DNA of 64,000 bases from the IMG/VR virus record IMGVR_UViG_2593339134_000001. The stretch is one strand, 5' to 3'. Positions within the stretch are counted from its first letter, which is position 1; every line of letters starts with the position of its first letter. The DNA comes from a virus. Its lineage: Duplodnaviria; Caudoviricetes. Shown here one piece after another: positions 37,617 through 46,449 of this stretch. The position numbers and the translations under genes are program-made. The notes beneath the pieces were generated by a model. The model searched no databases. It was not told where the DNA came from and saw only the letters and a list, made by a program, of their open reading frames with translations.

Positions 37617-37779
37617 AGTATCTTATCATCCCAAATAGCATGGTTTTAAGCCAGCGTCTAACACCGCCCCTGCGGATAACGGGCGTTATGTCCAAAAGCG
37701 GCGCAGGCTGCCCAATAATCCCACACCCGCCCAACGGTCAAGCTCCGGCCAAACCGCCTAGCCCCGAACCAGCCCAGCG

Positions 37780-38010
37780 TCATCCCGCATACCGTATTGC
37801 CTCCTCCCGATCCAACCCCAACCGCTCGGCAATCCGTCCATGGTCGTACCCGATGCGGCGCAGGCTCCGCACCTGGGCGGCGATCTGGACGTGGACGGGA
37901 GTTTCGGGCGCGGGGTCCACGGGAATCCCCGTAGCCCCCTTGGAGATTGGTTTGGGCCGGGCCAAGCCGGATTCGGACGGGGGACGGTGTCTTGGGCGGT
38001 TATGGCTCAT
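37780..38010 (-). CDS. Small HTH-like protein
   Basis: AAGGAG RBS; GYDHGRIAERLGL. Confidence 0.5.
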   Translation of the reverse strand: MSHNRPRHRPPSESGLARPKPISKGATGIPVDPAPETPVHVQIAAQVRSLRRIGYDHGRIAERLGLDREEAIRYAG

Positions 38011-38028
38011 GCTTGCTCCTTCGGTGCA

Positions 38029-40110
38029 TTATTCATCTCTCACAAAAAACCCACATCCCCGGTCCCGCGCCCGGACCTGGAATCCCCGCCAGCCACAGGC
38101 CGCGCTTTCCCGCGCCTTGTCGCCATAGTGCCCGCAGCGCCCGCAGAGATCGCCCGCCGGAAGGTCCAGTTGGCTCAACATGGCCTGGACGGTCGGTGGC
38201 AGGGTATTCGACATCGCGTCCATGGCCTCCCGGACTTGGCCCTTCGGTTGCTCGCCCATCGGTTCCGCCTCCGGCAGGATGAACATGCCGGTCCCGTGGC
38301 TCCTGGCCCAGGCCACGTCGCAGAGCATGTTGGCGTAGCTGAAATGGGGGTCGATGCCGACCTTCTTGACTACCCGCCGGTACTTGTTCGTTTCCCCGTC
38401 CTTCTCGGCCACCAAGGCGGTCTTGGTGAAGTGGTGGAACGCCCGCGGCAATACCGCCACGGTCTGGCGGACGCCCTTCTCGACCACCTCTTGGACCAGC
38501 CCTTGCGGGTCCGGGAACAGGCATAGCGGGGTCTTGGCCGTCAACCGCGCCATGGAAACCTGCATGCACTTGTACTGGTCCATCCGCAGGGTATAGCGGT
38601 CGCGCTCCGATTCGTCCGTACGCCGGTCGGACGAATCCAGGCCGGCCGCGTCGCCCCAGGCGATCATCCCTTCCGCGATCTGCCCGAACGAATCGCAGAT
38701 GAACACCCGGCGCGGCCAGCGGTTGGCGAAGCGCTTGGCGTCGTTGTAGTTGGGGTTGATCTCGACCACCGCCACGGCTACGCCGTAGGCCTCCATCAAC
38801 TCGTCGCAGCGCCCGAACGGGTCGGCGGAGTAGATTTCCTCGACATGGACCACCGCTTGGCGACCATCGGGCATCCGCTCCTTGACGACCACCACATTGA
38901 AGTTGCCCATTTGGTCGATACCCATGAAGGTATCCCGCGCCCGCGTCTTCCAGACCACCCCGGCGGCGCGGCCCGCTGCGACACACCGCTCCAGGTGTTC
39001 CAGCGTGACCGGTACTTGGGTCGGGTCCAGGTAGGGCTTCCCCAGTTTGCGGTTGAAGAAATTCTTCAGGTCCGTCGCCGTGTTGTAGGCGAACATGATG
39101 TCGCCCGGCGAAATCGTGGGGCTCAGGAATTGCGGGAAATGGATGGAGCGGATTCGGAGCGGCCTATCCGCTTTCGGCACCGACAAATCGACCGTCGGAT
39201 CGGCCAGGGGATTTTCCGCGATCCACTCGCCACGTTGGCTGTCCGCGATGACCGTCCCGCAGGCTGGGTTGCCGCACACGTAGCGCCATGCGTCCAAGGC
39301 TTCCACCCACCGGATGCAGGCCGGGAAATAGTCGTCCAGCGGTCGCGCCGCGCCGCAATGCGGACATGCGGTATGGAACCGGTATTGCGCCCCCCGCTTG
39401 TACCAATGGTGGATATCGGCATCCGGCCAGTTCGCCGTGGAGCCCATCAGCACGAAGCGCACATCGGAGGCGGACAGGCGCTCCAGGGTCTTCTCCATTT
39501 GCTCCAAGGTCATTTCCTGCACCTCGTCGAAGGCCAGGACATCCATGGGGATGGATTCCGTGGTGGCCTTGCCCGAGGTCCACGAGAACACGAACATGGC
39601 CTCGCCGATGCGGCGGGTGTAGACGTTGCCTTCGCCGGTTTTGCGCCCGGAGCCGTCCGGGGCGTCCATCGTCATCAGCTTGTGGATGCCGGGGGCCGAG
39701 CGTACCAGGGGCATGAACCGCTCGGACGACTTCAAGCCGGCCAGTTTCATGTCGGGAAGGAACAGGCCCACCGTGGCCGGGCCGAAACGCAGTCCGAGGT
39801 AGATCGTCGCCAGCATCTCCATGACCGTGAACCCGACCTGGGCGCACTTCATCAGGACCAGGACCAGCCGGTAGGCCTCGTCTTCGGTGCTGGGTATCTG
39901 GTCGTAAATCCAGGCCATCGCCGGGCGGTCGTCCAGGCGGAAGGGATGGCCGTCCACTTTCAAGCCTTGGGCGGCGAGGCTTTCGCACCATTGGCGGAAG
40001 GTTGTGCCTTCGGGGATGGGCTTGGCGAGGTCCGCGCCCTCGATCCTCGCCCGCCTGCGCCGCCTCAGCTCCAATTCGGCCTGGGCGCGGACGGAAAGGG
40101 GAATCCTCAT
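38029..40110 (-). CDS. Terminase large subunit (GpA-like)
   Basis: KCAQVGFT, FDEVQE, GSTAN, CPHC, MGIDQ, DPHF. Confidence 0.88.
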   Translation of the reverse strand: MRIPLSVRAQAELELRRRRRARIEGADLAKPIPEGTTFRQWCESLAAQGLKVDGHPFRLDDRPAMAWIYDQIPSTEDEAYRLVLVLMKCAQVGFTVMEMLATIYLGLRFGPATVGLFLPDMKLAGLKSSERFMPLVRSAPGIHKLMTMDAPDGSGRKTGEGNVYTRRIGEAMFVFSWTSGKATTESIPMDVLAFDEVQEMTLEQMEKTLERLSASDVRFVLMGSTANWPDADIHHWYKRGAQYRFHTACPHCGAARPLDDYFPACIRWVEALDAWRYVCGNPACGTVIADSQRGEWIAENPLADPTVDLSVPKADRPLRIRSIHFPQFLSPTISPGDIMFAYNTATDLKNFFNRKLGKPYLDPTQVPVTLEHLERCVAAGRAAGVVWKTRARDTFMGIDQMGNFNVVVVKERMPDGRQAVVHVEEIYSADPFGRCDELMEAYGVAVAVVEINPNYNDAKRFANRWPRRVFICDSFGQIAEGMIAWGDAAGLDSSDRRTDESERDRYTLRMDQYKCMQVSMARLTAKTPLCLFPDPQGLVQEVVEKGVRQTVAVLPRAFHHFTKTALVAEKDGETNKYRRVVKKVGIDPHFSYANMLCDVAWARSHGTGMFILPEAEPMGEQPKGQVREAMDAMSNTLPPTVQAMLSQLDLPAGDLCGRCGHYGDKARESAACGWRGFQVRARDRGCGFFVRDE

Positions 40111-40598
40111 GCCGGGGCTTTGCCCTTCGCCAGGGCCGCGAGTTGTTCGTCGGTCATCGCGCCCAGGTCCATCGGGGCATCCAAGCCGCGAATCCGGCGG
40201 ATATTCTCAATCGCGGTCTTACTGGCTTCGGCGGCGGCTTTATAGGTTTTGAATCCCTTGGCCTTCGGCAAATCCTCCTCGATCTTTTCCAAGATCAAGC
40301 GATTCACCCGGACACCCCGTTCCATATCCTCCACATCGGCCTGGACTTCGCGATCCACTTCGCACGCGACCCTTTGCGAAGTTTCTTGCGAAGCCTCCTG
40401 CGAACCAGCGGCAAGCTGCGCATTAACCCGTTCCCGCTTGAGCGAGGCCGGATTCCTCACCCATCCATGTTTTTTAGCCCGCTGACGGATAGCGGCTTCG
40501 GTAATATCAAAGTCCCCGGCAATCGCCCGCAGCGGGCGCACCCCCGCCCTAAACTGAACCTCCACCGAATCCCAGTCAACGTCCTTGGCCACGATCAA
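40107..40598 (-). CDS. Terminase small subunit
   Basis: DW..VE..FRAG...LRAIA....TEAAIRQRAKKHGWVR; abuts TerL. Confidence 0.8.
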   Translation of the reverse strand: MIVAKDVDWDSVEVQFRAGVRPLRAIAGDFDITEAAIRQRAKKHGWVRNPASLKRERVNAQLAAGSQEASQETSQRVACEVDREVQADVEDMERGVRVNRLILEKIEEDLPKAKGFKTYKAAAEASKTAIENIRRIRGLDAPMDLGAMTDEQLAALAKGKAPA

Positions 40599-41106
40599 CC
40601 CTTACCCCCGCCGCCCCCACAAACTCCCTCAACTCATCATTCCAAGCCCCATACCGCCGCACCACCGAGGTGAATTCTTCGACGCTATGGCCGGTAAGCT
40701 TCCAGATGGGCCGCCCGGTCTCGTCGTCATACCGGGGCTCCCCGTCGCCATCGGTCGCATGGACGCAATGGCTCAACTCGTGGAATATCAGGATTTCCCT
40801 GTGCCGGTCATCCGCCGCCGTCCAATATTCCCCGTCCAGGACGACGAGGAAGTCCGGCATCGCGCCGAACATGCGCTCCACCATCCAGAGGAACACCCGA
40901 TTCAATTTGCCCTGGACGCGGGGCAAGTGGACCGCGCCAAGGATGCGCCGGTCGGACTCGAACAGGGGATCGGTCCGCAGCAGGAAAGCCATGTGCGGCT
41001 CGCCGTCCTTCAAGTGGACATGCTCGGGGTATTCCAGGCAGCGGCGATACCAATTCGCGGGATGATCCGGGCCGGGTTCGGGGATGATGAAGGGGGAATC
41101 CATCAT
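40576..41106 (-). CDS. Putative phage metallopeptidase
   Basis: HELSH, HSVEEF..VVRRYG. Confidence 0.75.
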   Translation of the reverse strand: MMDSPFIIPEPGPDHPANWYRRCLEYPEHVHLKDGEPHMAFLLRTDPLFESDRRILGAVHLPRVQGKLNRVFLWMVERMFGAMPDFLVVLDGEYWTAADDRHREILIFHELSHCVHATDGDGEPRYDDETGRPIWKLTGHSVEEFTSVVRRYGAWNDELREFVGAAGVRVDRGQGR

Positions 41107-41121
41107 GGAAGCGCGATCCCA

Positions 41122-41478
41122 TCATTCATCGTCGGGCTCTCCAACATACCTAGTCACAACCCCCTTCCTCTCCACCACCATATCCACCTCCTCGACCGGC
41201 ACGACAATAACCTCGTTCGGATTCTGCGGGGTCCGCTCGGGGTTTCGCACACAGCGCAACCCCGCGTTCTTGCCCGTCGCCGTCTTCGCGCCACACCAGC
41301 ACAGGTTCCGGGGCTCGCCCACCGCCTTGGTCCCGCACTCGGCACACCGGGCCTGTCCGCCGCCATTCGGCCCGGGACGCCACAGGAGCCGCCCAGAACA
41401 TATCCGGCAGGCATGCTCGATCAGGAACCATCCGGCGTCCTCGTGGTTGATCCTACGCGGCTTGGCCGAGTTCAACAT
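41122..41478 (-). CDS. Zinc-finger protein
   Basis: CRIC, CAEC, CWCG. Confidence 0.6.
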   Translation of the reverse strand: MLNSAKPRRINHEDAGWFLIEHACRICSGRLLWRPGPNGGGQARCAECGTKAVGEPRNLCWCGAKTATGKNAGLRCVRNPERTPQNPNEVIVVPVEEVDMVVERKGVVTRYVGEPDDE

Positions 41479-42071
41479 ACGGCGGCGAACAAATCCGGTT
41501 CGGGCGGTTGGGCTGGATGGGCGGGAGCCCAACGGAACGCCACCTTGCGCGGCTCCTTGTGCATCACCATCCGCACCGCTTCGAGGGGCGTTGCCGCGGC
41601 GATGTCATGCCGGACCACACTGCGGCCTTCAACCACAATGCCCAGGCTCAGGCCACTGTGAACCCGGAGCAGTTTGCTCTTGACCGCCTCCCGGTCCAGC
41701 GACCAGAAAATATCCAGGGGGTGGGGTGGATGGCCGCGCCCGTCGCGACCTTTGGCGATCTCGTACTGGCGGTTGACGCAGGACTGGCAATAAAGCCCGT
41801 GGACATGCCGGGCCACGGCGGGGCCATCGCAGCGCACACACACCCGGCGGTGGTATTCGGAGTTGTCGCACGCCTGTCCGGCGTGGACGGCACCGATGGG
41901 GCAGTTCCGGCAGGACAGATACGAGGCGGCGGTTTCACCACCCTTTGTCGCGGCGACCCAGCGCGTGGCGCAAGATTCCACCGACCAGAATCCCGCCAGC
42001 CGGTCGCAGCGGAAATAATCGCCGGACAGGCCAGGGGGCGTGCTGTAGTTGATCGATGGATGGCGCGGCAT
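41472..42071 (-). CDS. Multi-Cys zinc-binding protein (candidate late activator)
   Basis: CRNCPIG..H, CVRC, CQSC. Confidence 0.6.
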   Translation of the reverse strand: MPRHPSINYSTPPGLSGDYFRCDRLAGFWSVESCATRWVAATKGGETAASYLSCRNCPIGAVHAGQACDNSEYHRRVCVRCDGPAVARHVHGLYCQSCVNRQYEIAKGRDGRGHPPHPLDIFWSLDREAVKSKLLRVHSGLSLGIVVEGRSVVRHDIAAATPLEAVRMVMHKEPRKVAFRWAPAHPAQPPEPDLFAAVC

Positions 42072-42340
42072 CAGGCGTTGAGCGAATCCAACAGGGTTTT
42101 GGAAGGCTTGAACTTCACCTTGCGGCTGGCGGGCACGGTAATCACCGCACCCGTGCTGGGATTGCGGCCTTGCCGCTCCGGCTTGTCCTCGACCTTGAGC
42201 TTACCCAGGAACGGTATTTCTCCATCCTGCTGTAAGCCGGTTTCAATGGCCCGTTCCAAATCTTCCAAGACCACTTTGGCCTTGGTTTTGGATAGGTCGG
42301 ATTCCGCCGCAAAGGCGGCGATGAGTTCAGCCCTGGTCAT
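42071..42340 (-). CDS. HU-like DNA-binding protein
   Basis: RQGRNPSTG..ITVPA..KVKFKPSK.L. Confidence 0.9.
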   Translation of the reverse strand: MTRAELIAAFAAESDLSKTKAKVVLEDLERAIETGLQQDGEIPFLGKLKVEDKPERQGRNPSTGAVITVPASRKVKFKPSKTLLDSLNA

Positions 42341-42693
42341 GCGGCGGCCTGCTGCGGCTTGAACTCCGGCAACAGGAAATCATCCGCGCCGGCCCCGGCA
42401 TTGATCTTCTCCTGCAACCACTTGGGCTTCATGCCGCGCCCGGACCACTGGTTTTTTGGATTCGCGGGGTCGCGGTATTTAACCGGCACCTTGGTACCCG
42501 TCCGGCCCATCGGGACAACCTTCCGACCCTTCTCGGTCAATTCCACATCCATATTGATGGACGCCGCTAGTTCCTTGATCTTGGCGATAGTTTCAGCTCG
42601 GCTTTCACGGCGCTTGGTTTCCAGCGCTTTTTGGGCATTGGCGATAGTCTCGGCCAGTTCTTCCTCGTTCATACCTTCCAATGCTTCTGACAT
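42337..42693 (-). CDS. H-NS family protein
   Basis: KYRDP.....QWSGRG.KPKWL. Confidence 0.9.
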   Translation of the reverse strand: MSEALEGMNEEELAETIANAQKALETKRRESRAETIAKIKELAASINMDVELTEKGRKVVPMGRTGTKVPVKYRDPANPKNQWSGRGMKPKWLQEKINAGAGADDFLLPEFKPQQAAA

Positions 42694-42957
42694 AACTTAC
42701 CCACTTGTTTGTGAAAACCAAATAATACACCAACTCGATTGGCACATAAACCTGAACAAAGCGCATTTAAAAAATTTCAGGCGGATGCTTGAAAAGCGGC
42801 CGCAAATCCTTTTCTAGATGGACCGGATGCCCCGGCTGGCCGCTCCCGGCAATCTTGAAGCATTTGGGGCCGATGCCTTTCGATACCGGCATCGACAAAA
42901 CCGCCGCGCCCCGGCCTAGCTGCATGCCGTCATTCCCTCAGCCCGCTTCGTTTCCAC

Positions 42958-43290
42958 TCATGGCCTTGCCTTGTATGATTTATCGAAAAACCTCGCGACG
43001 ACGCCTATCGCACGGCCATCCCGGACCATTTCCCCGGTGGCCCGCAATACCACCCAGCCGCCCAGCGCCGCCTCGTTGTATTTTTCGACATCGTTGGCGA
43101 AACCCTGGGCGCGGGTATGCCTTCCCCTGGAATGAATGCCCCCTTCTATTTCCAGGATCAGGCGGTATTCGGGCCAAGCGAAATCGGCCCGCCAATTCCT
43201 GCCGACACGGAACTCCCATTCGCGCACCGGAACCGGCAATTTGAGTGTCAAACACTGGCTTTCAAAAAGCCGTTCCAATGGGCTGGTCAT
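42958..43290 (-). CDS. PD-(D/E)xK endonuclease (Vsr/DUF559-like)
   Basis: WRADFAWP...LILEIEGG, D.EKYN.A...GW.VLR. Confidence 0.8.
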   Translation of the reverse strand: MTSPLERLFESQCLTLKLPVPVREWEFRVGRNWRADFAWPEYRLILEIEGGIHSRGRHTRAQGFANDVEKYNEAALGGWVVLRATGEMVRDGRAIGVVARFFDKSYKARP

Positions 43291-43297
43291 TGGTTCC

Positions 43298-44890
43298 TCA
43301 CGCGCAGATGGCCAGGAATTGGGAAGCGCGGGTGCAGGCCACGTACAGCGCCCGGTTGAACTGGTACGCCTCCACCATCCGGTTCAGGTCGCGGTAGTCC
43401 ACCAGGGCGGTATCGAACGTGCTGCCCTGGCTCTTGTGGACGGTGATGGCGTAGGCGTGGCGGATGGGGGCGAAGGCGTTCTTCATGGCCCAGGCCCGTC
43501 CCGACGCGCCCTTGGAGTCCGTCAGCAGGCCTTCCTTCAGCTTCGGGTTCATTTCATCGTTGGCCCGGCGCTTGAGGTCGTTCGCCTGCGTGAACAGTTC
43601 GGACACCAGGCGCGCGACCAGGTCGGGATCGTGGGCCACGTGGACCATGATCTCGTTGTCGTCGCCGTCGTCCAGGTACAGGAGGTCGGCGCGGAGGCTC
43701 GGACGCTCGGGCACGTCCGGGTAGTAGCGGTGCCTGACGTCGCGCTCGATGCGCTTGATCGTGAGTTCCTGGCTGGTGTGGAGTTGGGTGGGGTCCGTGA
43801 CCGGCGTGGACACCTCCACGCCGTCGATCAAGCGCACCATGTTCTCGGCCACCTTGTCGGCGTCGCAGGCGCTGTGGACGATGACGGGCTCGCCCACGTC
43901 GAACGGGGTGCGCCCGTCCGGCACCGGGCCGTACAGGGCTTCGTGGACGGCCCGGTTGAAGAACTCGACGGTGGCGTTGCGGAAGGCCAGCACCCGGCAA
44001 TCCCGGCCCTCGCGGATTTCCGACACGGCCCATCCGGCGATTTCCTCGGGCCGCATCGAGAACGCCCCGATGGCCGTGGCATCCCGGGGGATGGCGGCCA
44101 TGATGTCGGCCATGGTCATCCGCTGTTCGGCCTCGATGAAGCGGCGGATCACCATGGACAGCGCGATCATGGGATTGCCCTGGGCCTGCCGGACGACCTC
44201 CGTCAGCCGGGCCTGGCGCTCGACGTGGGAGAACACCGGGGACATGCCCACGCCGGCCTTCTCGACGGGCGGCAACTGGGCCGGGTCGCCGACGAACAGG
44301 ATCAGGCAGTCGCGGCGCACGCGCAGCAGCAGCTTGAACATGTCGGTGCCGACCATCGAGGCCTCGTCCACCACCAGCACGTCCAGGTCGTGGATGGTGC
44401 TGTCGCGCTTCTGGGTGATCTGCTGGGTGCCGTCGTCGCGCTCCTGCATTTGCAGGCCCAGGAAGCTGTGGAGGGTGCCGACGCACACCTTGCCGCCCTG
44501 GCCGTCCCATTCGTCCCGGTCGAACCGCGAACCCCGCGGCCGCTTGTTGCCGAACCGGACCACGCCGAACTTGCGGAGGTTGGACGCCAGCACCTTCACC
44601 GCCTTGTTGGTGGGCGCCGCGACGCCGATCACGCGCTCCGCTTGCAGGTCGGCCACCAGCTTGCCGACGACGTGGCTCTTGCCCACCCCGGCGAAGCCTT
44701 CCAGCACCATCAGGGCCGCGTCCGTCTGGCCCCGGCAGAATTCCAGCATCCCGGCGTAGGCGTGCGCCTGCTGGGCCGTCAGGCCGTCCGGGGCGGGTTC
44801 CTGGCGCGGGGGTTCGAGGGCGGCGGCGATGGCGGCTAAGAATGGGTGCTCGTTCACCGCTAGGGCTTTCATTTGTTGCATATCAATCAC
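43298..44890 (-). CDS. Dda/RecD-like SF1B helicase
   Basis: GFAGVGKS, APTNKA, VDEASM, GDPAQL, YAITVHKSQGST, YVACTRA. Confidence 0.9.
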   Translation of the reverse strand: MIDMQQMKALAVNEHPFLAAIAAALEPPRQEPAPDGLTAQQAHAYAGMLEFCRGQTDAALMVLEGFAGVGKSHVVGKLVADLQAERVIGVAAPTNKAVKVLASNLRKFGVVRFGNKRPRGSRFDRDEWDGQGGKVCVGTLHSFLGLQMQERDDGTQQITQKRDSTIHDLDVLVVDEASMVGTDMFKLLLRVRRDCLILFVGDPAQLPPVEKAGVGMSPVFSHVERQARLTEVVRQAQGNPMIALSMVIRRFIEAEQRMTMADIMAAIPRDATAIGAFSMRPEEIAGWAVSEIREGRDCRVLAFRNATVEFFNRAVHEALYGPVPDGRTPFDVGEPVIVHSACDADKVAENMVRLIDGVEVSTPVTDPTQLHTSQELTIKRIERDVRHRYYPDVPERPSLRADLLYLDDGDDNEIMVHVAHDPDLVARLVSELFTQANDLKRRANDEMNPKLKEGLLTDSKGASGRAWAMKNAFAPIRHAYAITVHKSQGSTFDTALVDYRDLNRMVEAYQFNRALYVACTRASQFLAICA

Positions 44891-44997
44891 CTGTCGTTGA
44901 TCCGCCTGATTAAGATGCCGGGCCGCGCGATTCAGGCTTATCGCCTTTCGGGAGCGACCCTAGGCCCGGCAATTCGGTTGTTTTCGGTTCCGGGAGA

Positions 44998-45233
44998 GGG
45001 GTAGACGCGAAGTGGATGAGCCTTCCTCTCCCACTCAATCCCTTGCTACGTAAGGCTTCCAGCGTTCGGGTAGCGGGGTAGATGCTTATATAAAGAGGTC
45101 TAATCCTTTATATAGGGGGGGCATAAGCCCCAAGGGGATTCGCCTCTCCCATCTACCCGGAGGCCGGAAGCCAAGCCGGGCGCGGCTTTGGCGGGAGAGC
45201 GGCCAGCATCCACCACGCATCCCCCTTCTACCC
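44998..45233. other. Putative replication origin
   Basis: Converging GGGTAG(A) repeats around the AT-rich inverted repeat TATATAAAG...CTTTATATA. Confidence 0.45.
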
Positions 45234-45660
45234 GAGTTTTCCCGCCCAATAGGCTGGACCCCGCATGGATCAAGAACCCCCAGGTCCATTGGTCGGGATC
45301 ACCGGCAAGGCCGGTACGGTCGGGGTGCGGGTCGAACTCGATCCGTCCGTTCTTGCCGACCACGGCGTGCAGGACGCCCTGGTGTCGTGGCGATGGGCCG
45401 TAGATCAAGTGGTAAACGTCGGTGCCGTCGCGCATAACCCAATCGAAACCGAACGGGTTGGCTTCGAGATGGGCGAGGCCACGGCGTCCCAACCATGCGT
45501 TGATGGCCCGGTCGAATTTCCGGGTGTCGGGGTGAAGTTGTGCGAAGTGGGGAACCTCGCCCAGGGGCAAATCCAACAGCGTGGCAAGGCAAGCCCTCAC
45601 GCAATCGCCCGTCTGTCCCTGGGAAGGATCGTGCAAGAATTCTTGGGTGGTCGGAGTCAT
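45100..45660 (-). CDS. Hypothetical protein, papain-like Cys/His pattern
   Basis: GDCVRACLA.LL..P..EVPHF...HAVV....EFDP. Confidence 0.55.
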   Translation of the reverse strand: MTPTTQEFLHDPSQGQTGDCVRACLATLLDLPLGEVPHFAQLHPDTRKFDRAINAWLGRRGLAHLEANPFGFDWVMRDGTDVYHLIYGPSPRHQGVLHAVVGKNGRIEFDPHPDRTGLAGDPDQWTWGFLIHAGSSLLGGKTRVEGGCVVDAGRSPAKAAPGLASGLRVDGRGESPWGLCPPYIKD

Positions 45661-46409
45661 AGTGTTGCACCACCTATTGATCCAACATGGCTCCGCTTGA
45701 ATTCTTCCCAAACCCTAATTCCTTCAACCACCCCATGGGTTGTCGGACCGCATTCCTCTACGAACTCCGCGATCAACCGGTCCAGGCGGACGGAATCGCG
45801 ATGTTCTATCGCGGCATCGGTATCCTCGAATAACTGCCCATCCTCCGTCCGCGCCGCCCAAACCCAGTCGATCCCCTCGATCCGGGGCGGGCGCGGCCCC
45901 AGGACAAACCGCTCGGCCGGAATCGCCGTCTCCCGGAACTCGACCGCCGGGCCGTCGTGTTTCAATTCGGCTTCCAGCGCCAGGGCGGCGAATTTGGCGA
46001 CGGCCCCGAGCGGGACGGGTGGAAGGCTTTCCTCCACCGTTGGGATGGAATCGTCCACCCCATTTTCCGGGGCGGACGTGTCCGCCCCGGCTCCGGCATC
46101 AGCGGTCCCCTCCGCTGCGCCGACCATCACCGCGTCCGTGCCAATATCACCCGGCCCATCCGGGGCTTCGTGGGGGTTCGAGGCCGGGGCGCTATCGACC
46201 TTGAACCAATTGAAAACGCCCGAGTTCTCGATTTCACGGGATTCAATCAACCCTTCGCGCCGCAATACCTGTAGGCAATTAGCGACTTCCTTTTTAGGAT
46301 CGCTGGTGGTGAACCAGGATTTGGGCAGCTTTTCGAGGGCGGTTTTCACCGACACTCCGTCGTAATACCGCCCTACCAACGCCAACAACTCGTCTTTCTT
46401 ACTGGCCAT
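45657..46409 (-). CDS. Hypothetical protein (wHTH-like N-terminus)
   Basis: GAGG RBS, ATG 46409; coupled to next gene. Confidence 0.55.
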   Translation of the reverse strand: MASKKDELLALVGRYYDGVSVKTALEKLPKSWFTTSDPKKEVANCLQVLRREGLIESREIENSGVFNWFKVDSAPASNPHEAPDGPGDIGTDAVMVGAAEGTADAGAGADTSAPENGVDDSIPTVEESLPPVPLGAVAKFAALALEAELKHDGPAVEFRETAIPAERFVLGPRPPRIEGIDWVWAARTEDGQLFEDTDAAIEHRDSVRLDRLIAEFVEECGPTTHGVVEGIRVWEEFKRSHVGSIGGATL

Positions 46410-46449
46410 GGAATACCTCAATTCCAATCTTGATATACAGACACCCGCG

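Noticed and set aside
41153-41161. Variant GGTTGTGAC upstream of the terminase genes
   Set aside because: One mismatch and the -10-like TATGTT is offset by 2 nt; cannot be supported
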